DNA of 64,000 bases from Hydrotalea sp. (GTDB lineage: Bacteria; Bacteroidota; Bacteroidia; Chitinophagales; Chitinophagaceae): positions 6,285-70,284 of the forward strand of contig NZ_JBMFQT010000015.1 of NCBI RefSeq assembly GCF_049968455.1, given 5' to 3'. This document shows positions 10,626 to 19,204 of the stretch, in pieces (the first letter of the stretch is position 1; every line of letters starts with the position of its first letter). A program made the position numbers and the translations under genes. The notes below the pieces were generated by a model. That model searched no databases, was not told the DNA's origin, and worked only from the letters and a program-made list of their open reading frames with translations.

Positions 10626-10830
10626 ATTTATACATTTTTTGAACATTACATATACCCATACAATGCTATTAATTTAAGAATGTAGTGAATGTTAATGCAC
10701 TCTATTTACAACTACACTAAGGTACTGGCTTTGGCCTAAGTTTTAATACCCTTAAAGTAAATGATGGTTCCGGTGCTGCTTAAATAATATACCTCAAGTT
10801 ACGTTAGTTTGTTTATCAAAATCATTGGCC

Positions 10831-10891
10831 CTTCTACTTACCCGCTTCGACCCTTCTTCGACTCAACAGCGTTACACAACGCTGTTGATAG
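10831..10891. repeat. Copy 1 of a ~60-nt intergenic element: tandem CTTCGA motifs followed by an 11-bp-stem hairpin
   Basis: 'CTTCTACTTACCCGCTTCGACCCTTCTTCGACTCAACAGCGTTACACAACGCTGTTGATAG'. The stem is TCAACAGCGTT/AACGCTGTTGA (10863-10888). A second copy at 36671-36731 has the same stem sequence. Confidence 0.8.
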
Positions 10892-11310
10892 CTACTTGTA
10901 TAGAACTAATCCCGAATGAAATAGTAAGCCATTCGCCCCCCGGTTTATTAAAAAAATGGCGTTATTACATGATGTTACCAACCAAGAAAAGGGTATCAAT
11001 ACTATGCTTCATTACCCATTTAATACCCCCTTAGTGTCTGGCACATTCTTTGAATAAATAGTACACTTGCTTATTACGTGCATTACACACAATAACCATT
11101 GGGCAATAAAAAAAACATTCATTAAAAACCTTTTTTTTAAAAACCTTTTTTTGTTGTAAAGCAATAGTACCCCCATTGGCCATAATAACTACCTCCAAAT
11201 GCTAATTGGGCATTCCTGCAAAAATTTTCATACTACTTGTTAGTAATTATAAATGAAAATTAACCGTTAACTTGCCCTGCAACAATGTTTTATTATTTAG
11301 TAATAATGCT

Positions 11311-11967
11311 ATGCAACCTATTCTCATTTATTGTTATGATGCTTATTGTGGTTGGTGCTACGGATTCAGTCCGGTTTTAAAAAAAGTTACTGCAGAATTT
11401 GCAGCCTATTTTAGTGTGGAGGTTTTAAGTGGCGGAATGATTTTACCGGAGCAACCCACCCCTATTGGTGTAATGGCACCTTACATTCAACAAGCCTACA
11501 AAACTGTTGAAAATACTACCGGAATTAATTTTGGAGAAGATTATTTGTGGCATATTTTTCACCCGGAATTAAGCGATTGGTTCCCTAATTCTGAAAAACC
11601 GGCTATAGCGCTTTGTATCTTTAAAGAATATTTCCCCGAAAAACAATTGCAGTTTGCGAGCGATTTGCAATATGCTTTAAATTTTGAAGGACGCGACTTA
11701 ACAGATGATGAAGCTTATCGTCATTTGTTACATCAATATCAAATTCCTGAAGAGGAATTTTACAAAAAACTGCATGATGAAACGTACAAAGAAAAAGCTT
11801 ACTATGAATTTGCACTTTGCAAACAATTACAGGTAACAGGTTACCCTGCTGTTTTATTACAAACAACAGAAAGCAAACTATATTTATTGGCAAAAGGATT
11901 TACCGATGAAGCAACACTTCGCCAACGCATTAAAAATGTATTAAAAGAGGTGCAAATACTACCCTAA
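11311..11967 (+). CDS. DsbA-family thioredoxin-fold protein
   Basis: 'YCYDAYCGWCYGF' supplies a CxxC active site at the N-terminus of a ~215-aa protein, and 'VTGYPAVLL' lies near the C-terminus. The ATG at 11311 is preferred. Confidence 0.75.
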   Translation: MQPILIYCYDAYCGWCYGFSPVLKKVTAEFAAYFSVEVLSGGMILPEQPTPIGVMAPYIQQAYKTVENTTGINFGEDYLWHIFHPELSDWFPNSEKPAIALCIFKEYFPEKQLQFASDLQYALNFEGRDLTDDEAYRHLLHQYQIPEEEFYKKLHDETYKEKAYYEFALCKQLQVTGYPAVLLQTTESKLYLLAKGFTDEATLRQRIKNVLKEVQILP

Positions 11968-12119
11968 TTACTACCATTTACAAAAAATCACTAAAGAATA
12001 AGCCCTTAATTCTTTAACTTTCGTGATGATTGAGTATAAAAGCATATTCAATTTTTAGGGCAACAAAGGCCCATTTAATTTTTACAATATTCCTTATTGT
12101 TCATCAAAATAAAAATCAC

Positions 12120-13655
12120 ATGAAGAAAATGTATTTATTGCCTATTTTATTAGCAGGAATGAATGTAGGAATCATAGCACAACCTGCTCCTCCACCAGCT
12201 CCACCTAAGCCCCCAATGGATTCTGCTGCCAAACCCGTAGTAGCAGTTACACACCATAGTATTGTAATTGCTGGCAAAACCATTAATTATACTGCTACAG
12301 CCGGTACGCTTATTTTAAACAATGACAAAGGTGAACCTATTGCCAGTTTTGGTTATGTAGCTTACACAAAAGAAGGTGTTACAGACTTAAGTAAGCGCCC
12401 GGTTTTGTTTGGTTATAATGGAGGTCCGGGCTCTGCTTCATTATGGTTACACATGGGTGCATTAGGGCCTCGCCGTGTTGTGGTGAATGACTTATCCGGA
12501 CCTACACCACCCCCTTACAAAGTTGAAGACAATCAAAATTCTATATTAGATGTTACTGATATTGTAATGATTGACCCCGTTGGCACCGGCTTTAGCCATG
12601 CCATTGGCAAAGCACAAAACAAAGATTTTTGGGGTGTTGACCAAGATCTTCGTTCTATCAGCAATTTTATTAAAGAATATATTACTGAAAACGATCGTTG
12701 GAATTCTCCAAAATATTTATTGGGTGAAAGTTATGGCACCATGCGCTCAGCCGGTGTAGTTAATTATTTGCAACAACGGTTGGGCATTGCTGTGAATGGT
12801 GTTGTACTCGTTTCTTCTGTATTAGACTTGCGTCAACTGACTTTTGGTGCCGGAGATGATATTTCCTACGTTATGTATTTGCCTACCTATGCTGCCACAG
12901 CTTACTTTCATAAAAAGTTACCCAATCAACCTTCCGACTTCAAAGCTTTTATTAACGAGGTAACAAATTATGCCAAAGGCACCTACACCACAGCATTAAT
13001 GTTGGGCGATAAAATTGATGCTGCTACCAAAAATGCAGTTGCAGAAAAACTTGCAGCATATACCGGTTTAAGTAAAGAGTATATTTTAAAAGCAAACTTA
13101 AGAGTAAATGAACCTCAGTTTACACAAGAACTGCTGCGCGACCAACACCTCACTGTTGGCCGATTAGACAGTCGCTTTACAGGTATTGATCAAAATTTAT
13201 TAAGTGAAAATGCAGAGTTCGATCCACAAAGTACAGCCATTACGCCTGCCTATACTGCGGCATTTTTAAATTACTTGTATAGCGAATTGAAAGTGAATAA
13301 AAGCATGTCTTATCACACATCTGCTTACAATGCAGAAGGATTTCATTGGGACTGGCAACGCAAAGGCGGCATGTGGGGCGAAGGGGTTTACCCACCCACC
13401 ACTGCACCTGACTTAGCTAATGCCATGAGCAAAAATCCAAGTTTAAAAGTTTTAGTTTTTAATGGTTATTATGATTTGGCTACACCATTTTATGGTACTG
13501 AGTATACCATGGATCATTTAGGATTGGAACCTGCTATTCAAAAAAATATTAGTATGAAATATTTTGATGCAGGGCATATGATGTACATTCATCCTGCTTC
13601 ACTAGTAACCTTTAGAAAAGATATTGTTGATTTTATTAACAGCACGAATCCTTAA
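12120..13655 (+). CDS. Peptidase S10 (serine carboxypeptidase) family protein, secreted
   Basis: 'FGYNGGPGSASLW' and the nucleophile motif 'LLGESYGT', with a late 'DAGHMMY' His region. The ATG at 12120 gives the signal peptide MKKMYLLPILLAGMNVGIIAQ. Confidence 0.85.
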   Translation: MKKMYLLPILLAGMNVGIIAQPAPPPAPPKPPMDSAAKPVVAVTHHSIVIAGKTINYTATAGTLILNNDKGEPIASFGYVAYTKEGVTDLSKRPVLFGYNGGPGSASLWLHMGALGPRRVVVNDLSGPTPPPYKVEDNQNSILDVTDIVMIDPVGTGFSHAIGKAQNKDFWGVDQDLRSISNFIKEYITENDRWNSPKYLLGESYGTMRSAGVVNYLQQRLGIAVNGVVLVSSVLDLRQLTFGAGDDISYVMYLPTYAATAYFHKKLPNQPSDFKAFINEVTNYAKGTYTTALMLGDKIDAATKNAVAEKLAAYTGLSKEYILKANLRVNEPQFTQELLRDQHLTVGRLDSRFTGIDQNLLSENAEFDPQSTAITPAYTAAFLNYLYSELKVNKSMSYHTSAYNAEGFHWDWQRKGGMWGEGVYPPTTAPDLANAMSKNPSLKVLVFNGYYDLATPFYGTEYTMDHLGLEPAIQKNISMKYFDAGHMMYIHPASLVTFRKDIVDFINSTNP

Positions 13656-13668
13656 TAAACCTATCTTC

Positions 13669-13702
13669 AAAACCGGTGCAATGTTTGCACCGGTTTTCTT
13701 TT
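13669..13702 (+). terminator. Rho-independent terminator after the S10 peptidase gene
   Basis: Perfect 13-bp stem AAAACCGGTGCAA/TTGCACCGGTTTT with a 3-nt loop, running into TTTTCTTTT. Confidence 0.85.
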
Positions 13703-13733
13703 ATACTAACCCTAATAACATAAATGTTAACCC

Positions 13734-14087
13734 ATGCAAAAAATTTGGTTATCCAATCCTGAACCACATGATTTTCCTGCTGCCACAGATTATTTAGAAT
13801 TAATATTTCCAATAACAAAAGCCAAACAATTAACCACTCAATTAAAGCAAGCAAAAACTATTTCAAAAAAAGCAAAAGATATATTACGGGCTGCTCAATT
13901 ACCTTTATTACCTGCTGATAATATTCATGTTAAAGAAAATATTAAGAAAGTAAAAAAAGGAGGAAAACTGTCGCCCATTTTAATGGTTAGGGGTAATGAA
14001 AAACTAATAATTGCCGACGGTTATCATCGGCTATGTGCCATTTATTATTTATCAGAAGACCTGGAAATTCCCTGCCGACTTGTTTAA
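13734..14087 (+). CDS. Small ParB/sulfiredoxin-like domain protein
   Basis: The C-terminal 'PILMVRGNEKLIIADGYHRLCAIYYLSEDLEIPCRLV' matches the ParB N-terminal domain core ('..iDGhHRl.A...'). No HTH or other domain follows. Confidence 0.5.
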   Translation: MQKIWLSNPEPHDFPAATDYLELIFPITKAKQLTTQLKQAKTISKKAKDILRAAQLPLLPADNIHVKENIKKVKKGGKLSPILMVRGNEKLIIADGYHRLCAIYYLSEDLEIPCRLV

Positions 14088-14095
14088 AAATCAAC

Positions 14096-14713
14096 TTATA
14101 ATTTTGGAGGATTATCCTTCCAATGCCATAAATGTAAACAGGCATAAGTTCTATAGGGCTTCCAACGGCTGGCAATTTGTGTAAGTTTTTCACGCATAGC
14201 AGTTTTAGGCATTTCGGGTAGTCCATAAATAAGTTGTATGGTTTGTTGTATACCTAAATCATCAACAGGAAAAACATCTTCTCTAGCTAATGTAAACATT
14301 AACAACATCTCTACGGTCCACCTGCCCACCCCTTTTATTTGTGTTAAATATTCAATCACTTCATCGTCAGTCATTTGCTTTAGTTGTTGGTATTCCATTC
14401 CATGTTGTAAAGCAAACTCAGCTACGTTACGAACATAGTTAGCTTTAGCATGCGATAAACCTATACTTCTTAATTGTTCATAGGAAGTTTGTGCAATATC
14501 AATAGGTTCCGGAGTAGCAGTATATAGGTTCAAAAACCTGCTTTTAATAGCAGCTGCAGCTTTCACCGATAGTTGTTGCCCAATAATAGCATTACACAAT
14601 TGCAAGTAAATTCTGTTCCTTCTTTGCAACTGAAACGGTGTATGGTGGCGAATTATAGCAGCCAACTTTTTATCTTTTTGCAAACATTTCAAATAATGAC
14701 TCATAAAATTCAA
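14096..14713 (-). CDS. DNA-3-methyladenine glycosylase II-like (HhH-GPD superfamily, AlkA-type)
   Basis: 'QQLSVKAAAAIKSRF', the HhH 'LTQIKGVGRWTVEMLLMF' and the catalytic-Asp region 'FPVDDLGIQQ'. Confidence 0.85.
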   Translation of the reverse strand: MNFMSHYLKCLQKDKKLAAIIRHHTPFQLQRRNRIYLQLCNAIIGQQLSVKAAAAIKSRFLNLYTATPEPIDIAQTSYEQLRSIGLSHAKANYVRNVAEFALQHGMEYQQLKQMTDDEVIEYLTQIKGVGRWTVEMLLMFTLAREDVFPVDDLGIQQTIQLIYGLPEMPKTAMREKLTQIASRWKPYRTYACLHLWHWKDNPPKL

Positions 14714-14879
14714 CTATTCAATACATAAAAATTAATGCAAATAAAGAAATCTTCTATCGCTTAAAATACATATATTCGTAATGTTATAATTTTCGAGATG
14801 CTTTATCTATGTTAATAATTCCATCTGCAAATAAAGATAGGCAGGCTTTTAACAAAGAAAAGAACAAAACCATTTAAAC

Positions 14880-15639
14880 ATGAAAAAAATAACATTATTT
14901 GGTATTTCATATTGCTATTAACATCTATCAATGTTTCAAAAGCACAGGAGCAGGAATATATTTTGTACAAAAATTCAACCGGTATTTCACATAACAATAT
15001 TGATGCAAAACAAATGATGAAAGTAACGCCCGGAGAAGATTATTATCATGCTAAAACTTACTACATCAGTAATAATCGTTTGGCTACTGAGGGGAATTAC
15101 TTGGACAACTTTTGCATACAAGCTGATGGCCCTTTTAAAAATTATGATAAAATTGGGTATTACTTGATTCAATGTTATTTAAAGAAGGTATTTTAATAGA
15201 AAGAACTGCGTTTTATGCCAACGGTAATAAAAAATCGCATTATGTAAAAGCACATGACAAAGTACCAGCTGTTCAATTGGGCTGGTATGAGCAAGGACAG
15301 CCTATACCCAATTATATAGCCGTACAAATGCCTGAATTTGTGGGTGGCATTAAAGGATGGCAAAATTTCCTTAATAAAAATATGGATATAAAAGTGGCTA
15401 TGCAACCCAATATCCCTTTAGGAATTTATACCGTTAAAATGGATATATGGATAACAAAAAACGGAAAACCCACTCAATTTATAGCTATTGATCCACCCGA
15501 AAAATGCAAGCCCTGTTTATTAGAAGCCATTCGTGTTTTAAAATTATCGCCGGTATGGCAACCGGCATTTTTTGATGGTGTGGCGGTTGATTTTCCTATG
15601 CTATTATCTATGCGTTTTAATACCACAATGGCTAATTAA
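14880..15639 (+). pseudogene. Frameshifted gene for an exported MORN-variant/TonB-C-domain protein (two single-base frameshifts)
   Basis: The ATG at 14880 plus an A7 run (14883-14889) reads MKKITLFGISYCY*. With A8 it would read MKKNNIIWYFILLLTSINVSKAQE..., a full signal peptide continuous with ORF 14912-15196. A second shift near 15179-15184 separates '...GYYLIQCYL' from 'KEGILIERTAFYANGNKK...' (ORF 15172-15639). The C-terminus has the TonB-C-like 'MPEFVGGIKGWQNFLNKNM'. Confidence 0.65.
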
Positions 15640-15821
15640 TTTGGCTATCATCTACCATCCCTATTTTATACAAATAGGTATTACTCGTAACGTGAAGTAA
15701 TAGCATGCCATTTTTATCATTTGTCAAATTCAGCATGTAGCATATCTATACAAAAAAAATGTTGGTAATTTGCTGAAGCAATTGTCGGAGATAAAATATT
15801 CCCGGCAGAGTTGTACCCGGT

Positions 15822-17024
15822 ATGATTCAGAATATCACTTCCTTTATTAAAACCCGAACGGCTTTAGCAGTTGGGTTTTTATTTGCCACTTCCAGTTTAA
15901 TATTTGGTATTTGGGTGGCTGCCATTCCAGGCATTAAAAGTCGTATGCATTTTTCGGATGGCTCACTGGGCTTATCCCTTTTACTTTCGCCTTTAGGAGC
16001 TATTACCGGAATGCTGCTATCCACCCGTGTATTTAGTAAAGTACCGGTAGGTAAATGGATGGTAGGTGGATATATTGCCATGGGTTGTATAATGATAGCC
16101 CAAATTAATTCAGCCAATAGAATCATGTTTTGGACATGCTTATACTGCTACGGACTCATTAGTTTTTTAAATGGTGTTTCAAGTAATGCCACAGTTAATT
16201 TATTGGAAAAAAAACACGATCGTTTATACATGAGTACCTGCCATGGCATGTATAGTTTAGGCGGTGCCGTTAGTGCAGGTATAGCCGCATTATTATTTTT
16301 AATACATATTCCGCCTGGCATTCAAATAATGTTGGTGGTATTGTTCATTTCAACTGTTATTTTATCAAATAGGGCCAATTTATTAAGTAATACAGAAATC
16401 ATTCATTCGCGTTCACAAGTTAAACTACCCTCTTTAACCATATTAGGTATATCATTTATTTGCATGGTAAGTTTTATGGCTGAAGGTTGTGTAGCAGACT
16501 GGAGTGCCATTTATTTTAAAGAAGTATTACATGCCCCCAAAGCTATGTTAAGCTTGGGTTATGCAGGGTTTTCAGTTGCCATGACTTTTGGAAGATTAAA
16601 TGGCGACACGCTGATTACCAAATTAGGCAGTAAAAATATGGTAATATATGGCGCTTTATTAGCAGCAAGCGGATTTTTAGTAGTAGTTACTGCATATCAA
16701 CCATTCATAGCAATTATTGGCTATATAATGATAGGCTTAGGAAGTTGTACCATTGTACCTATTTTGTTTAGGGCTTCTGCTAATATACCCGGAGTAACAA
16801 CGGTTGAGGGTTTTGCAATGGTTACTACTGGTGGATTAGTAGGATTTTTAACCGGACCATCCGTAATAGGTTTTATTTCTGAACATGCAGGGTTATCAAA
16901 AGGTTTATCATTATTGATTTTAATGTGTAGTTTATCTGCTTATGTTGCTTATAAAAATCCATTCATCACCAATAAAAAAAATATACAGGAAGCGCCGATA
17001 GCATACGATGAACAATTATACTAA
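15822..17024 (+). CDS. MFS transporter
   Basis: 400 aa with about 12 predicted TM helices arranged in two halves around a central loop (SNTEIIHSRSQVK). Confidence 0.8.
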   Translation: MIQNITSFIKTRTALAVGFLFATSSLIFGIWVAAIPGIKSRMHFSDGSLGLSLLLSPLGAITGMLLSTRVFSKVPVGKWMVGGYIAMGCIMIAQINSANRIMFWTCLYCYGLISFLNGVSSNATVNLLEKKHDRLYMSTCHGMYSLGGAVSAGIAALLFLIHIPPGIQIMLVVLFISTVILSNRANLLSNTEIIHSRSQVKLPSLTILGISFICMVSFMAEGCVADWSAIYFKEVLHAPKAMLSLGYAGFSVAMTFGRLNGDTLITKLGSKNMVIYGALLAASGFLVVVTAYQPFIAIIGYIMIGLGSCTIVPILFRASANIPGVTTVEGFAMVTTGGLVGFLTGPSVIGFISEHAGLSKGLSLLILMCSLSAYVAYKNPFITNKKNIQEAPIAYDEQLY

Positions 17025-17063
17025 ATAAAAAACCTATTTTGATTTTGAGTGAAACAAAATAGG
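17024..17063. terminator. Hairpin between convergent genes, probably a terminator for the minus-strand lipoprotein gene
   Basis: 9-bp stem CCTATTTTG/CAAAATAGG (17033-17041 and 17055-17063). It is preceded on the plus strand by an A-run, which becomes a T-run after the hairpin on the minus strand. Confidence 0.55.
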
Positions 17064-17168
17064 AAACAAAACACTACCCCTCTATTTTTTTAACCATGAA
17101 AACCAAAAGTCATTTTTTTAAATGAGCACTCATCAATTATTTAAAAAATGAATTGTACATAATAGCTA

Positions 17169-17549
17169 TTACCCACCATTCACAAACTCAATTACATGCG
17201 CTTGCACATATACTTCTTTTCGGAAATAAATGGGAAATAGTATTTGCACTAAATTTTCTTCAGTAGTAACATTTATAACAGCCCTTGCACTGCCCATTAA
17301 ATTAGCTTGCTTTAGCATATCTGCTTTTGCCATTGCAACCAATGCTTTGTGCGATAAACCACCAATTCCCAACACATAAGCGGCTTGCGCTTTTCCGGTT
17401 ACCAAACCAACTACCTTGTAATTTTTTTGAGATAAGGTTACATTCGTAACATTATTGTTGAAATTGGCTGTTAAAGCCATATTCATTCCACAACTGCATA
17501 AAAGAATAGTCATTAAAATGACAGAAAGTACACTTTTTAATTTCATCAT
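17169..17549 (-). CDS. Small lipoprotein, hypothetical
   Basis: The ATG at 17549 gives MMKLKSVLSVILMTILLCSCG with a lipobox. No family was recognised. Confidence 0.55.
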   Translation of the reverse strand: MMKLKSVLSVILMTILLCSCGMNMALTANFNNNVTNVTLSQKNYKVVGLVTGKAQAAYVLGIGGLSHKALVAMAKADMLKQANLMGSARAVINVTTEENLVQILFPIYFRKEVYVQAHVIEFVNGG

Positions 17550-17756
17550 AATTTTGGCTTTATAAAAAGATATTCGGTTAAAGAGTGTTACAAGAAATTG
17601 AGCCTGAACACCTGACAAATTTACTTTGCCATTAACCCAAAGCAGAAAATTTGGTAAACAATTGCATTATTTAACCAGTTATGTTTTTAATTTGCGTAAC
17701 CCCATTGAAAAAAGTATATTTACACATTAGTTATTAACTAAATAACTTAGAAAAAA

Positions 17757-19163
17757 TTGAACTACCCCTTTTTGAAAATATTGAATAAATGGTTATGGAT
17801 AATAGCAATTTGCCATGTATGCTCTATGACCAATGCCCAAAATAATACTGCACATCATCCTGAAATAGAATTTTTATTAAAGTATCCAAAGTCTGTACAC
17901 ATCACCTTACCCGGAAGAAATGCTGAGTTTATTAAGTTATCTCATCCCTGGGAAAATCAAAGACAAGTACTTTTAAAATCAGATACCGCCATTTACCTTT
18001 TTATTGACGGGTCGGGTATCATTTATCAATACAATCATCATCAATTTGTAAGAATGGACTCCACTATTTATAGGGGTTACAATTATGGTGCTTTCCCTTT
18101 TATATATAAAAATGAATTATATAATTTAGGCGGTAGTGGTTATTGGCGTATTACAGGGCATTTACGAAAATATAGCAATAAGGCACATGAATGGTATATT
18201 ATTCCTTTAAATGAGGAAAATCCGGTACTTAATGAACCTAATGCCAGCATGATTTGGTATAATCCCAATGCAGGAAAAATTTATTGTGCCAATTTTGTTG
18301 ACAAAAATGGAGGCATAAAAAAGCAAACAACACAAAATTATAACCAATATAAGGTGAAAGTGCTTGACCTAAACACCTTAAACTGGACTACTTTAGGCAC
18401 TTTGAATAAAACTTTATGGCCATTTACCAAATCTACTCAGGAAGTTGCTATGACCCCCTGGGGCGTACTACTAGATAATGATGGGAAAAACCTATTGTGG
18501 AACTTTGAGAAAAATACTTTATACCGTTTACCATTGGAAAACGACAAAAGCCAGTTTATTATTACGAATTATTTAAATGGAAATTTGTTTTGTTTAGATT
18601 CAACCCTTTACTTGTGCGAAAAAAATAAAATTGATACCATTCCCCTCAGCCTTTCGGAATTTGAAGATACAGGTATACCAATTTATGTGAAGGAAGCAAA
18701 TCAGTTGCATACAAATAGTAACCTCACCATTCTTATCATTGCATGCTTAGTGGTATTAGTTGGTGGAGTTGCATTTTGGAAGTATTATAAAAACAAACAA
18801 CATGCGCCATCCTTACAACAAATTGTTACCAATAACCTAACTGGCGAAAAAAGCTTATACACAAAAAAATTTCCGGAGTATACTGATCAAGAATGGGAAG
18901 TATTAAAATTAATCTTACAAAATACGCAAAATAATGAACCTACTAGCATTGATGAATTAAACAGCATATTAGGTTTAAAAAATAAAAGCTTGGAAACACA
19001 AAAAAGCCAGCGATACAAAATTCTTACTTCCATTAATCAAAAGTACTTAGCCATAAAAGGCACAGAACTGATTATTCGTGAACCGGATGCTATCGATAAA
19101 AGAATTAAAGTATACCATATTCATCCCAATGCGATAGCTGAATTGAAGGCCAATATGAGCTAG
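17757..19163 (+). CDS. Membrane-anchored putative transcriptional regulator (extracytoplasmic repeat domain, one TM, C-terminal wHTH-like domain)
   Basis: Signal-like N-terminus, then a ~300-aa domain with Kelch/beta-propeller-like repeats ('LYNLGGSGYW', 'GKIYCANF'). This is followed by the TM helix 'LTILIIACLVVLVGGVAFW' and a cytoplasmic tail 'YTDQEWEVLKLILQN...PTSIDELNSILGL...QRYKILTSINQKY'. Confidence 0.5.
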   Translation: MNYPFLKILNKWLWIIAICHVCSMTNAQNNTAHHPEIEFLLKYPKSVHITLPGRNAEFIKLSHPWENQRQVLLKSDTAIYLFIDGSGIIYQYNHHQFVRMDSTIYRGYNYGAFPFIYKNELYNLGGSGYWRITGHLRKYSNKAHEWYIIPLNEENPVLNEPNASMIWYNPNAGKIYCANFVDKNGGIKKQTTQNYNQYKVKVLDLNTLNWTTLGTLNKTLWPFTKSTQEVAMTPWGVLLDNDGKNLLWNFEKNTLYRLPLENDKSQFIITNYLNGNLFCLDSTLYLCEKNKIDTIPLSLSEFEDTGIPIYVKEANQLHTNSNLTILIIACLVVLVGGVAFWKYYKNKQHAPSLQQIVTNNLTGEKSLYTKKFPEYTDQEWEVLKLILQNTQNNEPTSIDELNSILGLKNKSLETQKSQRYKILTSINQKYLAIKGTELIIREPDAIDKRIKVYHIHPNAIAELKANMS

Positions 19164-19204
19164 TTTTTCTCAATAACCAATTTATATGTGTAGTTATGGG
19201 ATGA

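Noticed and set aside
10825-11034. 69-aa plus-strand ORF in the long intergenic gap.
   Set aside because: It reads straight through the palindromic CTTCGA-hairpin repeat. It has no recognisable motif and no signal or TM logic. Similar sequence at 36671-36731 is clearly non-coding. It is treated as a chance ORF.
11039-11053. Sigma-54-like promoter TGGCAC-N5-TTGA upstream of the DsbA-like gene. rpoN is present in this window. A second TGGCAC lies at 36640-36645.
   Set aside because: The -12 element reads TTGA, so the conserved GC dinucleotide is broken, and the site is about 258 nt from the start codon. The TGGCAC at 36640 has no TTGC at the correct spacing. No enhancer-binding protein gene is nearby.
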